25,469 bases of DNA from a virus (taxonomy: Duplodnaviria > Caudoviricetes). Below are positions 1 through 7,024 of the stretch, one piece after another. The DNA lies in IMG/VR virus record IMGVR_UViG_3300014208_000121, positions 1-25,469 of that record, one strand, 5' to 3'. The number at the start of each line of letters is the position of its first letter. Within the stretch, counting starts at the first letter, position 1. The translations under genes were made by a program, and so were the position numbers. Under the pieces are notes generated by a model, which was not told the DNA's origin, made no database searches, and saw only the letters and a program-made list of their open reading frames with translations.

Positions 1-60
1 CGTTTTCGTTATATGTACGATAATGTTGGTAAAAAAAGCTTCGTCTAATCTAAGAGTGCT

Positions 61-66
61 TATAAT
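61..66 (+). promoter_or_regulatory. -10 box of host tRNA promoter
   Basis: TATAAT 16 nt upstream of the tRNA 5' fragment, followed by a GC-rich discriminator-like TGCGCTCC. Confidence 0.6.
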
Positions 67-82
67 TGCGCTCCACTTTCAT

Positions 83-123
83 GGGTCAATAGTTCAGTGG
101 TTAGAGCCCTCCGCTCATAACGG
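83..123 (+). pseudogene. 5' half of tRNA(CAU), truncated in the anticodon stem; probable attL
   Basis: 39/41 identical to 219..259; identity stops after CCG-CTCATAA-CGG; no T-arm or 3' acceptor strand follows. Confidence 0.85.
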
Positions 124-183
124 CTTAATCTGAATTGATGGAATGCCTATAGACAGGGCGGTAAACGGTCTTTATTTTTTTAC

Positions 184-206
184 GGTGACGGCTTAGGTGA
201 CGGCTT
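184..206 (+). repeat. Direct repeat GGTGACGGCTT x2, putative integrase arm-type sites
   Basis: Exact copies at 184..194 and 196..206, about 60 nt inside the putative attL; function inferred. Confidence 0.6.
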
Positions 207-218
207 CACTTCTTAAAT

Positions 219-294
219 GGGTCAATAGTTCAATGGTTAGAGCCCACCGCTCATAACGGTGTTGTTGCAGGTTCAAGTCCTGCTTGACCCACCA
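219..294 (+). tRNA. Complete tRNA, anticodon CAT (Ile2-lysidine or elongator Met; not initiator)
   Basis: 76-nt cloverleaf: GGGTCAA/TTGACCC acceptor, GTTC/GAGC D-stem, CACCG-CTCATAA-CGGTG, GCAGG-TTCAAGT-CCTGC, encoded ACCA; G1-C72 paired. Confidence 0.95.
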
Positions 295-305
295 TTTCTC
301 CAAAA

Positions 306-494
306 TCAAGCTGATTTATCAATACGATTTCTCTCTAAAAATTCTTCAATATCTGATATTTTATAAACAACAGCATTCCCAAATTTTGAGTAAGATAGTT
401 TTCGTTGGCTTCGATAGTTAGCCAGAGTACCTTTTGCAATACCGAATTTTTCCATAACTTGTTTATCGGTTATGTATTTGTCAAGCAATTCCAT
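306..494 (-). CDS. Excisionase-like helix-turn-helix protein
   Basis: 62 aa 'YITDKQVMEKFGIAKGTLANYR..LSYSKFG..VVYKISDIEEFL', MerR/HTH_17-type pattern, adjacent to att. Confidence 0.8.
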   Translation of the reverse strand: MELLDKYITDKQVMEKFGIAKGTLANYRSQRKLSYSKFGNAVVYKISDIEEFLERNRIDKSA

Positions 495-678
495 TTGCTC
501 CCTCCTTCATAAATTTCGGAAGAAGTAAGCCCATGAAGCAACTTCCTACCCCACCTTTTTTATATTTTGGCTTACTACCTGCTGAGCAACTCTTATCTCC
601 GTTTATCCCTTTGATACATTCTGAACAGTCAATATTCCACTGTCCTCTTGTATCTTGTCCGCTGTATTTTGGTTTCAT
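481..678 (-). CDS. Small Cys-rich hypothetical protein
   Basis: 65 aa, CxxC..C..C, AGGAG RBS, overlaps next gene. Confidence 0.65.
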   Translation of the reverse strand: MKPKYSGQDTRGQWNIDCSECIKGINGDKSCSAGSKPKYKKGGVGSCFMGLLLPKFMKEGANGIA

Positions 679-746
679 CCTGCTCTCCTTATTTTTTCAA
701 CAATTCTCTGCGCTTCCAATGCATCAAAGTAATCATCAACACTCAT
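675..746 (-). CDS. 23-aa mini ORF (MSVDDYFDALEAQRIVEKIRRAG), not in ORF track
   Basis: ATGA start/stop overlaps with both neighbours, exactly fills the gap. Confidence 0.6.
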   Translation of the reverse strand: MSVDDYFDALEAQRIVEKIRRAG

Positions 747-1255
747 AAAATCACTTCGTTTAATTTCTTCTTCGCTCTGCGTTTCGATGCTTCTTCCCGT
801 CTGCGCTTCAGGTTCTCTTCGGGGTGATTGTCTCTCCACTTCTTTACTGACTGATAAGATAGTGTCGGGTGAAGCTTCCGGTAGTTTTTCATGTATGTCC
901 GCTTGTACTCTCTCTTCTCTTCGATTGACATCGGTTTTTTCTTCGGATTTGTTTGGAGCGGATCCGTCACCGCTTTGGACTTTTTTGGCTGCACAACCTT
1001 TTCACCAATATCGGAAATATGGTTATCCATAAGATTTATCATAAGTGGTTTAGAACTCACTTTTTTAGTCTCATGATTTGATAGTGTTGGGGCAGCGTTT
1101 TTATGACTGGCATTTTTGCGGGATATTGAAGGAATATGCTCTTCCTCCTTGATCCCTATAGCTTTTTTCCATTCTTTTTCAGACATAGGATGTTTCATCC
1201 CTTTTGACTTTAGAATGTCGAGGTATTTTTTATATCCTTCATGCATTACCAACAC
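743..1255 (-). CDS. Basic hypothetical protein
   Basis: 170 aa, Lys/Arg-rich helical C-terminus (REYKRTYMKNYRK..KKWRDNHPE); in operon. Confidence 0.7.
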   Translation of the reverse strand: MLVMHEGYKKYLDILKSKGMKHPMSEKEWKKAIGIKEEEHIPSISRKNASHKNAAPTLSNHETKKVSSKPLMINLMDNHISDIGEKVVQPKKSKAVTDPLQTNPKKKPMSIEEKREYKRTYMKNYRKLHPTLSYQSVKKWRDNHPEENLKRRREEASKRRAKKKLNEVIL

Positions 1256-1440
1256 CCCGATTTAGCATCTTCTTCAATATTTTTATTAAGTGCATAAAAA
1301 TCACAAACATGATCGTCTTCTACTGGAATACCGTTTGGGTTTGGTATGTGTAATACGAGATGGCATCTCAAGTCTTCGAGCTCATCATCCGCAAAATCCA
1401 TGAACGCACACGTTAGGCATTTTTTAGGAATTTTACTCAT
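1246..1440 (-). CDS. Small Cys-rich (possible Zn-binding) phage protein
   Basis: 64 aa CxxC..C..C pattern, AAGGA RBS. Confidence 0.7.
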   Translation of the reverse strand: MSKIPKKCLTCAFMDFADDELEDLRCHLVLHIPNPNGIPVEDDHVCDFYALNKNIEEDAKSGCW

Positions 1441-1556
1441 TGCTTTATCCTTTGCATTACAACCCCATTCGCGCTATAAATGCTTCGGCACGACTTGATT
1501 AATATTCCATTATCCCATACTTCAAAATTGCCATTGTTTTTTACTATCTGGGGCAT
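1437..1556 (-). CDS. 39-aa ORF (MPQIVKNNGNFEVWDNG...), not in ORF track
   Basis: AAGGA RBS, stop overlaps next ATG (ATGA). Confidence 0.6.
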   Translation of the reverse strand: MPQIVKNNGNFEVWDNGILIKSCRSIYSANGVVMQRIKQ

Positions 1557-1568
1557 TGGTTGTCCTTA

Positions 1569-1778
1569 TTAATTAAATATCTTTTTATGTCTCATCACTT
1601 CACAAAACGAATGAAAATCCATAGCCCTATTGTGCTTTCTGCATTCATATAAAACTATGTTTATCCCATTTTCAAAAATGATCTGTTTTGCTTTTACAAG
1701 ATCACGACCATTTTCAAATATATCCAGTTTATTGGTGATGATGTTGCGGAGCTGTTGGATGTCATTGATATCACTCAT
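1569..1778 (-). CDS. Hypothetical protein, 69 aa (start revised to MSDIND)
   Basis: GGAG RBS before ATG at 1778, overlapping the end of the upstream gene. Confidence 0.65.
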   Translation of the reverse strand: MSDINDIQQLRNIITNKLDIFENGRDLVKAKQIIFENGINIVLYECRKHNRAMDFHSFCEVMRHKKIFN

Positions 1779-2382
1779 ACGAGCTCCGATTAAATGATGT
1801 GAGTAGTGGGTTGACCTCCGACGTTTCAAAAGGTGGTAGGCAATATTGCTCACATCGAGTATCATATTCGTCCATGGACATACCAGTAAGAGCACACCAT
1901 GCATTAGCATCTTTTGATAACAGATAATTGCAACCACGACACCGCGAATCTTTTTGTTCTGCTCTTACGATCCGATCATATTCCGCATTAATAAAAGCGG
2001 CTGCGATAATCAGCTGCTGTTTACGGTCGTGGTCTTCTTTTTTAAAGTATTGTTCGTCCCATGGCCATAACCCTTTAAGACTTGGACCACCATGAAACAA
2101 TACAGAATAATCATCCCCATAAAGCATTTTATTTTCAGACGCATAACACGCCGCCGCATCTGCTATCTCCCCATCCGTATGTTCATCATCATGTTCGGGG
2201 CTGTATCCCTTTTCGACGATCTGGCGGGTTCGCTCTTTTGCTACGAGATCGAGAAAGTTTGATTTATGCATAGTCGGTACCTCCGTTGTTTTCTTGTCAA
2301 TTATGTAAATTAACCATGCTAAGATCGTGGTTAATATGACTCCAGCTACCAAGTTTATAGTTGCAGGGTCTATAGGGTTCAT
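1771..2382 (-). CDS. Conserved phage early protein (ERxRQ..GYSPEHDDEH..WPW..AEYDR family) with N-terminal TM segment and C-terminal Cys cluster
   Basis: Motif string typical of a widespread temperate-phage protein of unknown function; second in-frame start at 2271 with GGAGGT RBS. Confidence 0.75.
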   Translation of the reverse strand: MNPIDPATINLVAGVILTTILAWLIYIIDKKTTEVPTMHKSNFLDLVAKERTRQIVEKGYSPEHDDEHTDGEIADAAACYASENKMLYGDDYSVLFHGGPSLKGLWPWDEQYFKKEDHDRKQQLIIAAAFINAEYDRIVRAEQKDSRCRGCNYLLSKDANAWCALTGMSMDEYDTRCEQYCLPPFETSEVNPLLTSFNRSSYE

Positions 2383-2513
2383 TTTTTACTCTTCCCATAT
2401 TTTGCATCTTGCGGGTTCGTGCCCCATCGTCGTTTTGTTTTGATAGAACCTATCCCTATTACTACAATCAGAAATAGGATTAATGCTGCCCCTATGATTT
2501 CATCGGTGAACAT
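2379..2513 (-). CDS. 44-aa single-pass membrane peptide (start revised to MFTDEII)
   Basis: AGGAG RBS, hydrophobic stretch then basic tail. Confidence 0.6.
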   Translation of the reverse strand: MFTDEIIGAALILFLIVVIGIGSIKTKRRWGTNPQDAKYGKSKK

Positions 2514-2688
2514 TTTTAACTCCTGTATCCATAGTAATCTGATCGATGGTGTACGGCAGCACAACGCCTCCGATCTCAACATCAAAGTATTTGACTCCTT
2601 CATGTTTGCGTATTCGCACTACTCTTCCTCTGAATTGACCGTGCACATAAATCCATTGATCAGGCTTGATATAATTTTTAGTTTGCAT
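2500..2688 (-). CDS. 62-aa small beta-rich (KOW/SH3-like) protein (start revised to MQTKN)
   Basis: GGAGG RBS, TGATG coupling; pattern 'IKPDQWIYVHG..GRVVRI..FDVEIGG..YTIDQI'. Confidence 0.6.
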   Translation of the reverse strand: MQTKNYIKPDQWIYVHGQFRGRVVRIRKHEGVKYFDVEIGGVVLPYTIDQITMDTGVKNVHR

Positions 2689-2975
2689 CACGCTATACCT
2701 CCAACAATAAATAATCCGATAATTCCAAACATAAAAGCAACAACTCCCCAAAAACCTTGCGACTTTTCACGAAAGACGGTACCATACAAGACAGCAGCGG
2801 TTATAAAATAGATCGTAGCTGCCAAAGGCATGATCGCAAACGCCAAAATGAGAGGAATAATTACAGCATGAACAGCACCTTTGAAGGCTTTATCGTAAGC
2901 GTCATTATTTTCGTAGGATATAAAATCTATAGCGACCCCGTTTGGCGTGCTAAGGTTGAGCGTTTCTTTTAACAT
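2688..2975 (-). CDS. Small multi-pass membrane protein
   Basis: 95 aa with 2-3 hydrophobic segments, AAGGAG RBS. Confidence 0.7.
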   Translation of the reverse strand: MLKETLNLSTPNGVAIDFISYENNDAYDKAFKGAVHAVIIPLILAFAIMPLAATIYFITAAVLYGTVFREKSQGFWGVVAFMFGIIGLFIVGGIA

Positions 2976-3063
2976 AGTTTCTCCTTTGGTAATTCTTCAA
3001 TGATTCGTAGCGCCCACCATAGTGGGAGCCCATTAAGAGATTCTAAAATTCTTTTGAACTTCA

Positions 3064-3870
3064 TTAGATCTCCTCAATAGTGACTTTGTACTGTTTATCA
3101 GCAAGCAAAACACCTAAGTCTCGAAACTCTCTATAAATTTCATATGACATAAGTGCATGACCACTTTTTTTTAATTGTTTAACTACTTTTTTCCCCTGGT
3201 AAACCTTCTCCACTTTCGGTTTCGCCGCTTCTTTGAAATCATCACGCTTAATCTCACCAGAGTTGTATCTCTGATAGATTTCACGCTGTTTTTCAGGATC
3301 TTTTACCCTGCTTAGTTCTTCGAGTACTGACAACCCGATATCGCGTTTGTTTGCTTCGATGTCAGCTTTGATCATAGGGTCGAGCTTGAAGCATCCGAAT
3401 GCTTTAGAGACATAGGATAATGGTTTGCCTATAGCTCCCGCTAACTCTTGCTTCTGAGTGTATTTACCTGATTCCCATAGCCTTACTATCGCCATCGATG
3501 TCTCATAGTCAGTCAAGTCCTCACGCTGGATGTTCTCGATTAGAGCCATTTCATCCACTGAGTGATCGTCGCTATCAAATACGATTGATTTAATCGTTAT
3601 TGCTCCATTAATCTTGGATGATTCGTATCTGCGCTGCCCTGCGATAATCATGTATTTGTCTGATTTACGTACCACACTGATTGGTTGTAGTAGTCCTTTG
3701 GTTTTGATAGACTCTGCCAGTTCTAAAAGTGAAACGGGGTCAAAATGTTTGCGTGGTTGGTCGGGGTTGGGGTATATCTTCGATATCTCTATCTCCATCA
3801 GAGAGCTAATACCTGATGTTCTGGGAGCAGTTTGATTAGTTGCGTTTTTAAGGGCGGATAAGTTCATCAC
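3064..3870 (-). CDS. parB: ParB/RepB/Spo0J family partition protein (CTPase-type, with HTH)
   Basis: PNPDQPRKHF, GLLQPISV, IIAGQRR arginine patch, ENIQREDL, HTH 'QELAGAIGKPLSYVSK'. Confidence 0.92.
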   Translation of the reverse strand: MMNLSALKNATNQTAPRTSGISSLMEIEISKIYPNPDQPRKHFDPVSLLELAESIKTKGLLQPISVVRKSDKYMIIAGQRRYESSKINGAITIKSIVFDSDDHSVDEMALIENIQREDLTDYETSMAIVRLWESGKYTQKQELAGAIGKPLSYVSKAFGCFKLDPMIKADIEANKRDIGLSVLEELSRVKDPEKQREIYQRYNSGEIKRDDFKEAAKPKVEKVYQGKKVVKQLKKSGHALMSYEIYREFRDLGVLLADKQYKVTIEEI

Positions 3871-4453
3871 GTACTCCTATGATCTCAGCTCTTGAAGTAT
3901 CGAAAGAACTGATAGATGAATGAAACACACTCTTACCGTCCCCCATGGTCGACCGGTATATTTTGCGTGATCGTATGACCGAGTCAAGCAAAACGATATT
4001 AGTATCGCTGATTGCCTCTTTAATCGTGTCGAAATTACGGGTTAGTGGATGGATGTTGTTAAACACCATATACGCTTCAGCATCACTCCCGATCTCAGAT
4101 AGGATCGATTTGAACGTATGAAATCCAAGAACCTCAGTAATGCTGTCGCTGATTGGTATGAGTATTTTGTCGCTATAGGCAAGGGCAGTACGGTTGATAT
4201 CGCTATCAAACCCTCCGACGTCTATAATGACCACTTTATCACTCGGTACTGCTTTGAGTATCTCGATTAGTTCTGAGGAGGTATGAGGCTGTATTACGTT
4301 AAGCGTTCCACCACTCATGAGGTTGAGATAGTGGATCGTTTGCTGAAAGTCTAAGTCGATGACATCAGCATGGTTAGCAAATGAGTGAGCCAAATGCCAC
4401 GCAAGAGTTGATTTCCCAACTCCTCCCTTAGTGTGTGAAATAGTAATAATCAT
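3848..4453 (-). CDS. parA: ParA family Walker-type ATPase (short, no N-terminal HTH)
   Basis: Deviant Walker A KGGVGKST, DLDFQ, IIDVGG Walker B; overlaps parB. Confidence 0.92.
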   Translation of the reverse strand: MIITISHTKGGVGKSTLAWHLAHSFANHADVIDLDFQQTIHYLNLMSGGTLNVIQPHTSSELIEILKAVPSDKVVIIDVGGFDSDINRTALAYSDKILIPISDSITEVLGFHTFKSILSEIGSDAEAYMVFNNIHPLTRNFDTIKEAISDTNIVLLDSVIRSRKIYRSTMGDGKSVFHSSISSFDTSRAEIIGVRDELIRP

Positions 4454-4473
4454 GGTTGGATTCCTTGGTTTGA

Positions 4474-4489
4474 TTTTCCCGAGGGAAAT
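4474..4489. promoter_or_regulatory. Near-palindrome TTTTCCCGAGGGAAAT, candidate parS-like site
   Basis: 14/16 match to palindromes at 7268 and 16387; 20 nt upstream of parA start. Confidence 0.55.
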
Positions 4490-4554
4490 TTTGTGAGCTC
4501 TCTACGTGACTCAGCGAACCACAAAGGGAACCTGCGCCTCGTAGAAAGCTATGG

Positions 4555-4584
4555 GACGGCTCCGACATGAATGTCGGAGCCGTC
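4555..4584. repeat. Perfect GC-rich inverted repeat (13-bp stem, 4-nt loop)
   Basis: GACGGCTCCGACA-TGAA-TGTCGGAGCCGTC; no U-tract on either side. Confidence 0.85.
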
Positions 4585-4618
4585 ATTAAACTTGAAACGC
4601 TTTCACACCTTCAATGCC

Positions 4619-5443
4619 TTACATTACCTTCTCTTCTTGATTGTTATCACTCACTTCCGTTCGTTCTGTCATGGGCTCAATGTAGGCTGGACGGAACCCG
4701 ATATCGCTGTCCGAGTACGAACGAGCGGTGCCCAGAAACAAGGCACCGAGCCCAGCACCCGCACCATCGAACCAATTCCCGCCACGGATCGGCACACGTT
4801 CATCGCAGTTATCAGCCCAAAAATATCCTTTGACATCTGTCATATCATGTTGCTGAGGTGGGACGATCAATGCTTTGAATAGAAGCTCATCGATTGCAAC
4901 ACCCTCCAATGCTTTGGTTTCAGCCCAGCGGTTCCCGTCATAATCTTTATTCGTAACCGCATTTCCAAAAATTGGTACTTCATTGTTGATATCAACATAG
5001 GTATCAAATCGTTTCCATTCAGACTCATGCGCTGAAAAATCATTATCATGAGGCATGATGATCTGACCATCGATAAGCTTTAACCCATCGACCCACTCCC
5101 ATAACGATCCGACTCCATCGACGGCGTTTTTACCCTCTTTTAGGCTCCACATTGCCATCGCTGACCACTCCCAGTTCGTCATGAGATGCCATCCTGCACC
5201 TTTATCCGAACAATGTTTTTTCGCATCATCAAAATTAATTCTTACTACCTGGGGACCGTTCTCATCTTTCTCATGCTCCATTCCGATATGAATGGCATCG
5301 ATCTCGACTCCATTGACGATGAATGCCGGATGGACACCGGATCCGAATCGTGGGTCCACATCTTCAATCCGAAACTTCGGTATGATTTTCATATCGTTCT
5401 TTTTGCCATGCTGATCATAGATGGCTGTTATCTCTTTTTGCAT
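4619..5443 (-). CDS. CLec/FGE-sulfatase-fold protein of the DGR-target (Mtd-like) type with C-terminal variable repeat
   Basis: HPAFIVNG, GWHLMTNWEW, GSLWEW, RGGNW...IGFRPA motifs; VR-like codon pattern at 4685..4798. Confidence 0.85.
   Translation of the reverse strand: MQKEITAIYDQHGKKNDMKIIPKFRIEDVDPRFGSGVHPAFIVNGVEIDAIHIGMEHEKDENGPQVVRINFDDAKKHCSDKGAGWHLMTNWEWSAMAMWSLKEGKNAVDGVGSLWEWVDGLKLIDGQIIMPHDNDFSAHESEWKRFDTYVDINNEVPIFGNAVTNKDYDGNRWAETKALEGVAIDELLFKALIVPPQQHDMTDVKGYFWADNCDERVPIRGGNWFDGAGAGLGALFLGTARSYSDSDIGFRPAYIEPMTERTEVSDNNQEEKVM
4685..4798 (-). other. Putative DGR variable repeat (VR)
   Basis: 114 nt, 73/114 G+C, only 11 A on the coding strand, 10 of them in positions 1-2 of NNY codons. 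Confidence 0.75.
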
Positions 5444-5556
5444 AATTTTCTCCTAACATACAAAGCCGTGCCTCGTAGCTACCGCGACAAGCACTTTATT
5501 CTGAGTCCCACTGGAACTACCTCATATTTTTATAGAACTCCATGTATGGAATGTGG

Positions 5557-6336
5557 TTAAACCTGATACGACTTAACACCCTCGATACCATCACAGATAC
5601 TCTGTGTGAGTTGTCGGCGTGTTTCCTCTTCGAGTTGGTCGATGTTGTAACAGATCAGCTCTGCGACGAATGCACCATCCTGAGCACTTAAGAATAACTC
5701 TGTCTCAAAGCGGGTTGTTAGTTCACGATCATTAGTATAGATTGGAAACTCAAAAGTAATAATCCGTGGGATTTCAACGTTTGCTTTTCCAGTTCGGACA
5801 GTAGCATCGATGCTAAATTTGTTTGAGGCGTTTCGCTGGATGCTGTCAATTGTTGTGATTCCCTGCAAGCTCTCTGCCATGTCGATGATGTCCATGTCAT
5901 CTGCTTTTTTGTTATCTAGTGCAACAATGAACGGCTCCATACGTTTGAGGAAGCGGATAAAATCTTTTTGTGTGATTGATCTTCCGTTATTCGCTCGGTA
6001 ATGTTTGTAGTCATCGGTTTGGATTAGCGGCATAAGCGCTGTACTGTCACCGTAATCAGGCTGTGAAGCTGTGATGTAGTTGAATACGGCTTTTACCCTG
6101 CCATCATCATAGAAAAGCTTTGTAGCGTTTGTTTTGTACTCAGTTACGAATGCAATGAAGTCATCTTTGTTGATGATACTTTGTGATACAACATGCCGTG
6201 CCAATTCAGGCTTAAGGTGGAGTGGCTGCATACTATTATCAATTTTATAGTCTTGGTGTGTAGCTCTAACCCCATTATCAAGAAGTACACTTGGTATTCT
6301 AAATGCATCGATAAGCGGTCTTAAAAAATCTTTCAT
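5557..6336 (-). CDS. DUF2303 (YfdQ-like) family protein
   Basis: 259 aa; 'DFIAFV..Y', 'AVFNY..PDYGD..A', 'TQKDFIRFL', 'P..ITFEFPIY' pattern with typical small upstream partner. Confidence 0.75.
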   Translation of the reverse strand: MKDFLRPLIDAFRIPSVLLDNGVRATHQDYKIDNSMQPLHLKPELARHVVSQSIINKDDFIAFVTEYKTNATKLFYDDGRVKAVFNYITASQPDYGDSTALMPLIQTDDYKHYRANNGRSITQKDFIRFLKRMEPFIVALDNKKADDMDIIDMAESLQGITTIDSIQRNASNKFSIDATVRTGKANVEIPRIITFEFPIYTNDRELTTRFETELFLSAQDGAFVAELICYNIDQLEEETRRQLTQSICDGIEGVKSYQV

Positions 6337-6659
6337 TGGTTAACTCCCGGAAGTATTTGTTGGTTTGGACGGTTACGAGATGGCATAAATGTTTGCTCAT
6401 TAACAAAGAAGCCTGTTTTGATCTTAGGTCGAGGGATAGTGTGATTCACTTCACCTACCATCGTGATCTGATCATCAGCGACTTTGGAAATTTCGAGCTT
6501 GATAGTGATGGTCGATTTTTTCTCCTGAATCATTGTGGCTTTTACACATGCTTTCAGTGCTCGGGCGGTGTTATCCGCAATGTCTCCGTTTCCAATAGTT
6601 CTAAAAGCATTGATAAACGCATCGATCTCAGAGGCGAAAACCTCTTGGTTCTGTTCCAT
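6333..6659 (-). CDS. Small partner usually encoded upstream of DUF2303 (YfdP-like)
   Basis: 108 aa 'KKSTITIKLEI..IP..FFV..SRNRPNQ..LP'; AAGGA RBS; ATGA-coupled. Confidence 0.65.
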   Translation of the reverse strand: MEQNQEVFASEIDAFINAFRTIGNGDIADNTARALKACVKATMIQEKKSTITIKLEISKVADDQITMVGEVNHTIPRPKIKTGFFVNEQTFMPSRNRPNQQILPGVNQ

Positions 6660-6741
6660 AGTGATTCCTTCGGGTTGAGTATTTAATCAGGGCAGGCGCC
6701 TTACCCTCATATAGATACTCGATTTTCATGGTGAAACCCTC

Positions 6742-6750
6742 TGATATAAT
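6742..6750 (+). promoter_or_regulatory. Extended -10 promoter TGnTATAAT
   Basis: TGATATAAT about 35 nt upstream of the counter-oriented ORF 6784..7020. Confidence 0.6.
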
Positions 6751-6783
6751 GTTGCTGCAACACAAATCAAAACAAAAGGCTTC

Positions 6784-7020
6784 ATGATGGAAATAAAAGG
6801 AAAAGTATTCGCTATTGACAATCTCGGTATGCTCAAAGTCATCTGCAATAATGATCGAACCGCTCTGATCGAGATAGTCGATTCGATCGATATCACCATT
6901 GGAGACATTCTTTCCGGTGATCTTATGAATTACGGTGAATTTGTATCAATCCATAGCTCTGAAAATAATCAGACATTCCAAGGATTAATACAAAACCTAG
7001 ATATTCCTAAACCATATTAA
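6784..7020 (+). CDS. Counter-oriented small beta-rich hypothetical protein (moron-like)
   Basis: 78 aa, own extended -10 and AAAAGG RBS; fills gap in the leftward operon. Confidence 0.7.
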   Translation: MMEIKGKVFAIDNLGMLKVICNNDRTALIEIVDSIDITIGDILSGDLMNYGEFVSIHSSENNQTFQGLIQNLDIPKPY

Positions 7021-7024
7021 GCGG

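Noticed and set aside
83-294. Intron-containing tRNA or initiator tRNA-fMet
   Set aside because: The second copy is complete on its own, so 124..218 is not an intron; G1-C72 is paired and the GGG/CCC anticodon-stem signature is absent.
295-494. Integrase next to attL
   Set aside because: No recombinase ORF here; presumably at the other prophage end.
743-1255. HNH or endonuclease VII
   Set aside because: Has the basic helical segment often seen in such proteins but no His/Asn/Cys catalytic motifs.
4555-4584. Intrinsic terminator
   Set aside because: No U-tract on either strand; kept as an unexplained hairpin.
4619-5443. True formylglycine-generating enzyme
   Set aside because: Lacks the catalytic Cys pair after the RGG motif; shares only the fold.
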